Shown piece after piece: positions 44,485 to 51,483 of a DNA stretch of 51,483 bases. The stretch is from Candidatus Woesearchaeota archaeon. GTDB lineage: Archaea > Nanobdellota > Nanobdellia > Pacearchaeales > GW2011-AR1. Under the pieces are notes generated by a model that was not told the origin of the DNA, made no database searches, and was given only the letters and a program-made list of their open reading frames with translations. Within the stretch, counting starts at the first letter, position 1. The number at the start of each line of letters is the position of its first letter. The position numbers and the translations under genes are program-made. The stretch is taken from contig CAZIFJ010000002.1 of NCBI GenBank assembly GCA_964538235.1, positions 1 to 51,483 on the forward strand, in the 5' to 3' direction.

Positions 44485-47345
44485 CTTGCAACATTTAAAA
44501 TTTTATTTGGAAAATCTAGATTTAGATATTCTTGATTTACTTTCATGTTTCTTGGATATTTAATCTCCCAAATTCTTATTGGACCTCTAAGACCTTCATA
44601 AAATATAATATCTTTACTAAATCCTTGTTGTTGACTTTTTATCTGTTCTACTAGAAAATCATCTTCTGAATGAACAAGTTTAAAGTTTGGATTGTTTTCC
44701 TTATAAAGATATAATCTTACTAATTGTGACTTTACTGTTCTGTTTGATAAATAAATCATTGCTCCATCTGAATCTAATTGACCATTTTGATAAACTCTCG
44801 GGAAGATATAAACTCCTGCTTCAATTCCTGACTTGAAGTCAATAAATTCTTTTTCAAAAGCATATCTTATAGGAACTTGATACTGTTTGCCCTGATAAAT
44901 AACAATTGCTATTGGATTTGAAGAAATGTTTCCTGAAGAATCTTTTTCTATCAAAATTCCGCCAACACCTGCCTTTCCTCCAGGAAGAAATATTTTTGTT
45001 TCATTTTGTTTGTAAGTTATATCTTCGTCGAGGGAAAATCCAGCGGGATATAAATAAATTGTTGAATTTTTTGTTTCTCTTACTTGTTGAGTATCTTTTA
45101 TTAAATTGGGAAGATAACTCACTCTATCATAATTTTCATCTGAACCAATAGAAGAAAAGGCCGAATATTTTCCAATGTCTGTTGAATCTATTAAAAAATG
45201 TGTTGTATTATGAGAGTATAAAAATTCTAAAGCATTTTGATTATCTGGACCAGTTAAAGCATGTCTTCCCATTAAATGATTCCAATATGTTATTGCATTT
45301 CCTCCGTCAAGAACTGTTGCTCTTTCTCCAATACTTTGAATCCAATATCCGTAATCCCACCAGTGACCAAAAACTGCATTTTGAGGAGTATTATCCCTCA
45401 CCCAAGACATTCCTTTTTGCCATTGCTGTGTGTAAATACTTGGAGCGTAATATTGAGCTTGCGTGCTTGTAACTTGATAATAAATTAATCCTGAATAAAG
45501 TGTTGATAGAAATATTATAACTGCAAATAAATAAATAAATATTTTATATGAACTCTCTCTTGAATTTATTGCCTTATTTGAAATTGAAACTACAAAATAA
45601 GAAACTAAAATTGAAACTGGTAGGACTAAAACCATAATTAATCTAACTGCCCCCCTTGCTGAAACTATTGCAATAAAAAACAAGATAAACAAAGAAATTA
45701 ATCCTGCTTCTAATTTTAAAAAATCCGATTCTTTATTTTCTTTATAATGAGAAAAATAATAATAGCCACAAGTATAAATAAAAATTAATAAACCTGAAGA
45801 ATAAAGTGCGATGCTTAATGGGCTTGTCCCATTAAGAGGGCTTTCGGGAGACAATCTTCCGAAAATCATTGAAAATAAAAATATAGAATAAGCTAAAGTG
45901 AGATAAATTTTTTCTTTTTTATTTTCTAAGAAATGAATGAGATTATAAAATAAATAAATTGAGCCAAAAATAAAAAGCCAGAGTAATATTGGTATATTTT
46001 TATTAAATATTGTCTTTACTGGACCGAAATCGGAAGACCACTCAGAAAAATATGGTTGACGATTTTCAGCTACTGTAACTCCTAATCTAGATGTTATTGG
46101 TTGAATTAAAGGTTGTAGTATTGAGCTAATTTCATTTGGAATAAAACTTGGACCAAAGAAAAGAGTAGCTAAAATTGCTCCTAAAATTATTGTTATAATA
46201 AATGCTATTAATGATTTTGGAATTTTATTTGTTAATTGAAAATCAAAATATTTTTTATCTTTTATTAAATAATAGATAAAAGCTGAAAAAATTGCTAGTG
46301 CTGGAATTAAAAATATTGTTGAAGATAAAAGGACTGATAATTTATATCTTGTTGAAAATGGAGTCATAAAAGCAAATGAAAAAACAAGCCATAAAAGAGA
46401 AACTAAAATTTTATTTTTATCTAGTTGTCCTAAGAAATAAGAAACAAATATTGTTAAACCGATAGTAAAGAATAGAAAAGCATAACCTCCCCAGACTAAA
46501 GCCATCATTGCTGTTGAAATACCTGCTAAAATTGAGACTAAAACTCTTTGAAATTTATTTCCAGATTTCCATGCATAGATAAAAAAGTATAATCCTAAAA
46601 ACATAAAGAAAAATGCTGCTGATTCTTTTTCAGGAATTCCTGCTATTGTTCTCGGCATTAAAGAAGGTATTACGACTAAAAAGAAAGATGAAATTAAAGC
46701 AATTATATTTGCTTGATTTTTTCCTGAGATTTCATAAAATATTATTCTTGTAAAAAGAAAAAACGAGATCACTGTTAAAGCAAACATAAAAACTGGGAAG
46801 AGTGCGGCTGATTGTTCTACTGATGTGCTTCCAAAAAATATTGCAATTTTATGAAACCATGCAATTAAATAAGGAAGGAAAATTAATTCTGCTTTTGTGT
46901 CAAATCCTAAGGGAACATATCGAAGAGTATCATTAACAAAAAGCGAGCCGTTCTCAACTATATATTTTGCCCAACGCAAGAATAAAAATGGGTCTAAATC
47001 TGGGCCTAATGTCCAACCATTTGTTGTAATGTCTCTTAATCTTGAAATATTACTTGACCTTATTTTTACTGATAAAAAAACAAGCCAGGCTAAAATTGTG
47101 TAAAAAGAAAAATTTAATTTATTGTCATAAGAAAAAAAAGCTGAAAGGAAAAATGCGAAAGATAATAAAATAAGAAGGTCTTTGCTAAAAAATCCTAAAA
47201 ATGGAATTGTAATTTTTATTAGAGCGAAGACATATGTCATTAAAAAAATTAGGCCTAAAATTAAAAATGAAGAAAAAAATTTGTCTTTTTTTAGCAAATT
47301 AATTATTTTTTGTTTTCTTTCCTCTATTAATCTATCCTCATCCAT
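44481..47345 (-). CDS. aglB: Archaeal oligosaccharyltransferase AglB (STT3 homolog)
   Basis: 954 aa with 13 or more TM helices, followed by HWWDYGYWIQSIG (WWDYG catalytic motif) and a large soluble C-terminal domain. Confidence 0.92.
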   Translation of the reverse strand: MDEDRLIEERKQKIINLLKKDKFFSSFLILGLIFLMTYVFALIKITIPFLGFFSKDLLILLSFAFFLSAFFSYDNKLNFSFYTILAWLVFLSVKIRSSNISRLRDITTNGWTLGPDLDPFLFLRWAKYIVENGSLFVNDTLRYVPLGFDTKAELIFLPYLIAWFHKIAIFFGSTSVEQSAALFPVFMFALTVISFFLFTRIIFYEISGKNQANIIALISSFFLVVIPSLMPRTIAGIPEKESAAFFFMFLGLYFFIYAWKSGNKFQRVLVSILAGISTAMMALVWGGYAFLFFTIGLTIFVSYFLGQLDKNKILVSLLWLVFSFAFMTPFSTRYKLSVLLSSTIFLIPALAIFSAFIYYLIKDKKYFDFQLTNKIPKSLIAFIITIILGAILATLFFGPSFIPNEISSILQPLIQPITSRLGVTVAENRQPYFSEWSSDFGPVKTIFNKNIPILLWLFIFGSIYLFYNLIHFLENKKEKIYLTLAYSIFLFSMIFGRLSPESPLNGTSPLSIALYSSGLLIFIYTCGYYYFSHYKENKESDFLKLEAGLISLFILFFIAIVSARGAVRLIMVLVLPVSILVSYFVVSISNKAINSRESSYKIFIYLFAVIIFLSTLYSGLIYYQVTSTQAQYYAPSIYTQQWQKGMSWVRDNTPQNAVFGHWWDYGYWIQSIGERATVLDGGNAITYWNHLMGRHALTGPDNQNALEFLYSHNTTHFLIDSTDIGKYSAFSSIGSDENYDRVSYLPNLIKDTQQVRETKNSTIYLYPAGFSLDEDITYKQNETKIFLPGGKAGVGGILIEKDSSGNISSNPIAIVIYQGKQYQVPIRYAFEKEFIDFKSGIEAGVYIFPRVYQNGQLDSDGAMIYLSNRTVKSQLVRLYLYKENNPNFKLVHSEDDFLVEQIKSQQQGFSKDIIFYEGLRGPIRIWEIKYPRNMKVNQEYLNLDFPNKILNVAR

Positions 47346-47382
47346 GATATTAAGGAAAAAACTAAGTATATAAAGTTTTCAA

Positions 47383-48240
47383 CTAAAAGATTACCGGCGT
47401 TATGTAAACTTCTATTAAGGCTGCTATGAATAAAACTCCTATGGATATAACTATCAAATTTAAAGAATCTTGGACGACTTCCCAAAATTTTGCAGAGCCG
47501 GTTTCATGACGGATAATTGCTATTGAGACCATTCCGCCTGCAAGAGCTACAATAAAGTAAGAGCCTATTTCTGGAATTCCGTGTATCATATATTTCAAAA
47601 CACCTAAAGGCAATGCGCTTATTTCTGAATCGGCAAAAATTCCAACTGCGGCTGCGATGACGCTTGCGTTCCAAGCTAAAATAAAAATTACTCCTGCTCC
47701 AAAAATTAAAGAAAATATTAAAGTAAAAACTAAAACATAAATATTATTAGAAAATATTGCAAACAATCTTCCTTGTCCAGTTGCATTTCCTGTTGGAGAA
47801 TTTGTAACTTTTAATCCGTGTTCTTTTACACAACTATCTATTGAAGAAGGTCTGTTAATTGCGCAATAAGTTTCTACTTGTGCTCTGAAACCTTGCTCTG
47901 ATGGAATTGTAATATACCAAAAAGAAAAAGCTACAACAAATCCTAAAAAAAGCCATAAAAAAACAGAAATTGCTTTTTTATGATGCCTTAACAAATCCAT
48001 TGTTTTTAGCCCCTTGATTGTTTCTTTCTCCTCTAACTTTATTGTATAATAAACAAATGGCATTGAAAACATAACAGTAAATGTAACGATTAAAATTCCC
48101 GAGTATTTTGATAAAACAATGTCTTTAGAAAAAATCCAATTAACTAAAAGAAACGCTAAACTTGCATAAAACAACCCAACAAAAAACATTTCCCAGGGAT
48201 GCCTTTCAGCTTTTTTAGGGTTCATTAACATTTCTAACAT
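47383..48240 (-). CDS. SpoIIM-like (DUF95) integral membrane protein
   Basis: 6 TM helices. YMIHGIPEIGSYFIVALAGG resembles the conserved SpoIIM-family helix. Confidence 0.6.
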   Translation of the reverse strand: MLEMLMNPKKAERHPWEMFFVGLFYASLAFLLVNWIFSKDIVLSKYSGILIVTFTVMFSMPFVYYTIKLEEKETIKGLKTMDLLRHHKKAISVFLWLFLGFVVAFSFWYITIPSEQGFRAQVETYCAINRPSSIDSCVKEHGLKVTNSPTGNATGQGRLFAIFSNNIYVLVFTLIFSLIFGAGVIFILAWNASVIAAAVGIFADSEISALPLGVLKYMIHGIPEIGSYFIVALAGGMVSIAIIRHETGSAKFWEVVQDSLNLIVISIGVLFIAALIEVYITPVIF

Positions 48241-48364
48241 TTTAATTTAATCCTTCCTTTTTTAAAAAATTTTCTATGAATAAACTCATATTATAAATTG
48301 TAAAAAAGAACTTATTTAAACTTAACTAAAATTTTCTGCTCTATTGAAAAGAGTTAAAGAAATT

Positions 48365-48970
48365 TTACTGAATTTTCCAAACTTGTAACTCTTCCATAAA
48401 AATTTTCTTTTTTGAAATAATTATTTTTTTTAGTTTTTGTTTTTTTAGTTCGGTAAGAATTCTCTTTTTTGGTGTTAGAGAAGATAATAAAAGAAGAATT
48501 ATTCCTTTTTTTAGCAAATATGATTTTACGTTTTTTAAAAATCTCAAAATTATTTCATCACCTTTTTTTCCTCCTGTTGTAATTAATTTACTTTCAGAGT
48601 CTTCTAATGAATCTTCTGGAAGATAAGGAGGATTAAAAATAATTAAATTAAACTTTCCTTTTATTTTTGAAAACAAATCTGATTTTATCACATTGTAATT
48701 TTTTGATGTCGAAGTGCTTGACAAACCTCGCACTTTAGTGCGAGGAGCACTTCGAGCATCCAAAAGTCCACGAAAAGGACTTTTTGATTTGAGAAATATA
48801 ATTGAATCATCATCTATATCCGAGGATAAAACTGATTTTGCTCCGAATTTTATCGCGACTTCTGTTTGAATTCCCGATCCTGCTCCTAAATCAAGAACTA
48901 TTTTTCCTTTTGCGAATTTTTTTACACATTCTTCTAAAAGATAAGAATCTTCTGATGGAGAGTAAATCAT
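48365..48970 (-). CDS. Archaeal HemK-related / Mtq2-like N5-glutamine methyltransferase carrying an in-frame repeat insertion
   Basis: IYSPSEDSYLL, VLDLGAGSGI, SSDID, IIFNPPYLP (NPPY). Residues 61-88 (KSKSPFRGLLDARSAPRTKVRGLSSTST) are encoded by repeat 48708-48788. Confidence 0.78.
   Translation of the reverse strand: MIYSPSEDSYLLEECVKKFAKGKIVLDLGAGSGIQTEVAIKFGAKSVLSSDIDDDSIIFLKSKSPFRGLLDARSAPRTKVRGLSSTSTSKNYNVIKSDLFSKIKGKFNLIIFNPPYLPEDSLEDSESKLITTGGKKGDEIILRFLKNVKSYLLKKGIILLLLSSLTPKKRILTELKKQKLKKIIISKKKIFMEELQVWKIQ
48708..48788 (-). repeat. Type D nested-hairpin repeat (81 nt) inside the methyltransferase CDS
   Basis: gtc-gaagtgct-tgacaaa-cctcgcac-ttta-gtgcgagg-agcacttc-gagcatcc-aaaagtcc-acgaaaa-ggactttt-tgat. 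48706-48788 is the exact reverse complement of 49423-49505. Confidence 0.9.
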
Positions 48971-49752
48971 ATTTTATTTTCTCTTATAAATTTAGATAAA
49001 ATTATTGACAAATATGGCGGGATAAATATTAAAGATATTATTTCATAAAAAGATTCTGGAAGAAATAATATGATTTCATTAAAAATAAAAAAGGCTAATA
49101 AAATTACCCCAACAGAAATATAATTATTTTTTACAAAATTAAAACTTTTTATTAATCCTTCTTTAAAGCTTAAATTAAAGATAATAAAATAAAAATTTGT
49201 AAAGGCTAAAAATATTATAAACCCAAATAAACCAATAAAATAAAAAATTAAAAATAAAATTTTTGCAGAATTTTCTGGAAGAGAAAAAATTCCGCCTATA
49301 AAAAAAGTTAAGTGAAAAGAAAGATAATTTACAATATTATAAAATACTAAAAATAGAAGAATAAAAAAGAAATTTTTCATAAAAAATTTATTTGCCTCTT
49401 TGAAAAAAAATTTCATTTTATTATCAAAAAGTCCTTTTCGTGGACTTTTGGATGCTCGAAGTGCTCCTCGCACTAAAGTGCGAGGTTTGTCAAGCACTTC
49501 GACATTATTTGAATTTTTTCCTGAAAGAGAGATAAGGCCTGCAAAAAAATAAGAAATAAGAAGTAAATTTCCTAGTGAGAAAATTACAAGCCAAGAGCTT
49601 ATTAAAAACCCTGATTTAAAAGATTGATTAATTTCTATTGAAACAGATGAAAAAATCGTGAGTAAAAAAAATAAAGTTGTACTTGGAATTATTAAATAAA
49701 AATTTTTATAAAAATAATAAAGAGATTCTCTGAAAAGATTAATTAAATCCAT
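48967..49752 (-). CDS. Polytopic membrane protein of unknown function carrying an in-frame repeat insertion
   Basis: 261 aa with about 6 TM helices. Codons 84-110 (VEVLDKPRTLVRGALRASKSPRKGLFD) are encoded exactly by repeat 49423-49503. Confidence 0.55.
   Translation of the reverse strand: MDLINLFRESLYYFYKNFYLIIPSTTLFFLLTIFSSVSIEINQSFKSGFLISSWLVIFSLGNLLLISYFFAGLISLSGKNSNNVEVLDKPRTLVRGALRASKSPRKGLFDNKMKFFFKEANKFFMKNFFFILLFLVFYNIVNYLSFHLTFFIGGIFSLPENSAKILFLIFYFIGLFGFIIFLAFTNFYFIIFNLSFKEGLIKSFNFVKNNYISVGVILLAFFIFNEIILFLPESFYEIISLIFIPPYLSIILSKFIRENKI
49423..49503 (+). repeat. Type D nested-hairpin repeat (81 nt) inside the membrane-protein CDS
   Basis: atcaaaaagtcc-ttttcgt-ggactttt-ggatgctc-gaagtgct-cctcgcac-taaa-gtgcgagg-tttgtca-agcacttc-gac. 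It is an inverted, identical copy of 48708-48788. Confidence 0.9.
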
Positions 49753-49753
49753 A

Positions 49754-50107
49754 TTATTTGAAGAAATTATTTATAAATTTCGTTAACTCTGGTTTGAAAA
49801 ATACGAGGGAGATTATTATTGTTAAAATTAAGATTAAAAGAATAAAAATAAGAATTATCCAAATTATTTTCTTTTTATTTTCTTTTGGAATTTCATTTAA
49901 ATTTTTCTGAGGAGATGAAATTTCAGAAAGTTTATTTTCTGGAATCTCGCTAATCAGTGGAATTGCTGCGCCATCTGTTAAGCTATTTGCCGCTTCTCTG
50001 ACTTCATTTGGATTATATCCTGCATTAATAAAAGATTGGATTGCCTCTTCTAAAGATTCTCCCCTTTCAATTGCAATTTTTATTCCTTCTGCTATTTCAT
50101 CATTCAT
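49754..50107 (-). CDS. Small tail-anchored membrane protein, function unknown
   Basis: 117 aa with an acidic helical N-terminal domain and a single C-terminal TM (IIWIILIFILLILILTIIISLVFF). Its start overlaps the RNase J stop (ATGA-type coupling). Confidence 0.5.
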   Translation of the reverse strand: MNDEIAEGIKIAIERGESLEEAIQSFINAGYNPNEVREAANSLTDGAAIPLISEIPENKLSEISSPQKNLNEIPKENKKKIIWIILIFILLILILTIIISLVFFKPELTKFINNFFK

Positions 50108-51438
50108 TTTAACTCCAACGATGCTCCATCCTGCATAAGATGAACTGATTTATTTAATTTATATCCTAACTCTTCTGCAACATTCACTCCAGCTGTTAAC
50201 ATATTTAAATCTCCATGAGAAGGAATAATATTTTCAGGATTTGTTAATTTTATTAAATCAATTAAATCCTCTCTTCCTCCGTGACCAGAAACATGAATGT
50301 TATCAAAAATTTTTACATTGTACTTTTTTAATCTTTTTCCTAAAGCTTCTCTGTTAACTTCACTTACTGGTGTTGGAATCGTCTTTGAAGAAAAAATAAC
50401 CTGATCATTTTGCGATAACTTTAATGGCAGTTGGCTTCTTGATAGTCTGTCTAAAATAGATTGAGGTTCCCCTTGGTGTCCTGTGCAGACTACTAGATAA
50501 TGTTTTTTATTTTTGTCAATTTTTTTCATAATCTTTTCCATTTGTTTTCTAAAATTAAACATTCTTATGTTATGTCTAAATGGAGCTTGATTAACATTTG
50601 CTGCGGCTGTTACATATTTATTTAAACTTCTTCCGAAAAAAACAACTTCACGATTTAATCTTCTGCCAAATTCTGTTATTGTTTTTAATCTTGCTATATG
50701 AGAAGAAAAAGTTGTTAAAATTATTCCGGAATTATTATTGTCATTATTGAACAGAACATTTTCTAAAAGAATTTTCGCAATTTTTTCAGAGGGTGTTTTT
50801 CTATCGTCGCGGGCATATAAACAATCTACAATTAGCGCTTTGACCCCTTGTCTTGCAAGTTCTTTCAATCTTTTATAATTTGGTTTATCCCCAAAAACTG
50901 GAGAATTATCTAACTTGTAATCATTTGCATAGAGAACAATTCCTTCTGGAGTATGAACTGCAATTAAAGCTGTTTGAATTGTTGAGTGAGTCATGTTGAT
51001 AAATTCAACTTTGTAATTCTTTTTTCCTCTTATGTGAAAAATTCCATTTGGCTTGACTGAAAAAGTTTTATTTGGAATTGTTTGATTTGAATCTTTCATT
51101 AAGACTTTTAATAATTCTATTGTGAAATCTGTGCCTACTACTGTTGCTTTGTATCTGTAAGAATTATATGGAACAGCTCCGACGTGATCTAAATGTGCGT
51201 GCGAAATTAAAATCGCGCAAACTTTTTGAGATAAATTTTTTCTTTGAAGATAAACATCGTCTGGAAGTGCGCCTAAATTTCTCATTCCTTTTTCTGTCGG
51301 AATTTTTTCTTTTTCTTCAACCGACATAATTGCAGGAAGATATAATCCTGAATCAAAAATAATCACGTCTTCTCCAATTTCAAGCGCAGTCATATTTTTT
51401 CCAACTTCGCTATAACCTCCTATTGCATGAATTTTCAT
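50104..51438 (-). CDS. rnj: Archaeal RNase J (beta-CASP metallo-beta-lactamase family ribonuclease)
   Basis: MKIHAIGGYSEVGKNMTALEIGEDVIIFDSG, ILISHAHLDHVGAVP (HxHxDH), beta-CASP region, HVSGHG, PSHGD. The size of about 444 aa is typical of archaeal RNase J. Confidence 0.88.
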   Translation of the reverse strand: MKIHAIGGYSEVGKNMTALEIGEDVIIFDSGLYLPAIMSVEEKEKIPTEKGMRNLGALPDDVYLQRKNLSQKVCAILISHAHLDHVGAVPYNSYRYKATVVGTDFTIELLKVLMKDSNQTIPNKTFSVKPNGIFHIRGKKNYKVEFINMTHSTIQTALIAVHTPEGIVLYANDYKLDNSPVFGDKPNYKRLKELARQGVKALIVDCLYARDDRKTPSEKIAKILLENVLFNNDNNNSGIILTTFSSHIARLKTITEFGRRLNREVVFFGRSLNKYVTAAANVNQAPFRHNIRMFNFRKQMEKIMKKIDKNKKHYLVVCTGHQGEPQSILDRLSRSQLPLKLSQNDQVIFSSKTIPTPVSEVNREALGKRLKKYNVKIFDNIHVSGHGGREDLIDLIKLTNPENIIPSHGDLNMLTAGVNVAEELGYKLNKSVHLMQDGASLELK

Positions 51439-51458
51439 TTTAAAAGAAAGAGATGTTA

Positions 51459-51468
51459 GTTTAAATAT
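51459..51468 (-). promoter_or_regulatory. Putative TATA box for rnj
   Basis: The minus strand reads atatttaaac, about 21 nt upstream of the ATG at 51438. It is the same decamer as at 10447-10456 and 19210-19219. Confidence 0.45.
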
Positions 51469-51483
51469 ATTATTAGAAAATTA

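Noticed and set aside
48708-48788. In-frame elements as archaeal bulge-helix-bulge introns or mini-inteins
   Set aside because: No 3-nt bulge / 4-bp helix / 3-nt bulge geometry occurs at the element ends. At 27 residues the insert is far too short for an intein, and no Cys/Ser...Asn-Cys/Ser/Thr junctions are present.
48699-48788. Target-site duplication: TTTTTGAT occurs both just before and at the end of the 48708 copy
   Set aside because: TTTTTGAT is itself the conserved element terminus in types B, C and D. The other copies (17241, 25411, 49423) show no matching flanking duplication, and short matches (TTG, AATA) are expected by chance in AT-rich DNA.
1-51483. Defence islands, prophage or integrated elements, diversity-generating retroelements, toxin-antitoxin pairs
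   Set aside because: I could recognise no integrase, transposase, reverse transcriptase, nuclease/helicase defence signatures, capsid or terminase genes, and no template/variable repeat pairs. The accessory character of the window comes from glycosylation genes and the hairpin repeats.

Overview
Strongly AT-rich (by eye about 70% A+T), tightly packed archaeal DNA. It most likely comes from a small-genome, DPANN-like archaeon. The evidence is secF-secD in archaeal order, an AglB/STT3 oligosaccharyltransferase with WWDYG, archaeal-type RNase J, QueC, an aIF5A-like gene, and TATA-like ATATTTAAAC boxes about 20-25 nt upstream of start codons. About 50 genes are present, and roughly 35 belong to one large surface-glycan / protein-glycosylation island. 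Its components are:
- dTDP-rhamnose genes: rmlA, rmlB and an NRS/ER-like epimerase-reductase.
- GDP-fucose genes: gmd and fcl, plus a decayed fcl paralog.
- A WbpB/WbpE/WbpD-like 3-acetamido-sugar trio.
- Two sugar C-methyltransferase modules, one fused to an SDR.
- Three cupins and four SAM methyltransferases.
- About 12 GT2/GT4/GT9 glycosyltransferases and two extra GT-C membrane transferases.
- Two Wzx-like flippases.
- A translationally coupled aglB / GlcNAc-1-P transferase / flippase / Dol-P-sugar synthase operon.
No rRNA, tRNA, CRISPR array, transposase, prophage or recognisable defence genes were seen. The most unusual signal is non-genic. Nine copies of a GC-rich, modular nested-hairpin repeat superfamily share termini and a shared linker, and their stems differ between copies but stay complementary. 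They sit next to promoters, form the 3' end of one CDS, interrupt a pseudogene, and occur as an identical inverted pair inserted in frame in two adjacent CDSs. All calls come from reading the sequence and from remembered family motifs. No searches were run.
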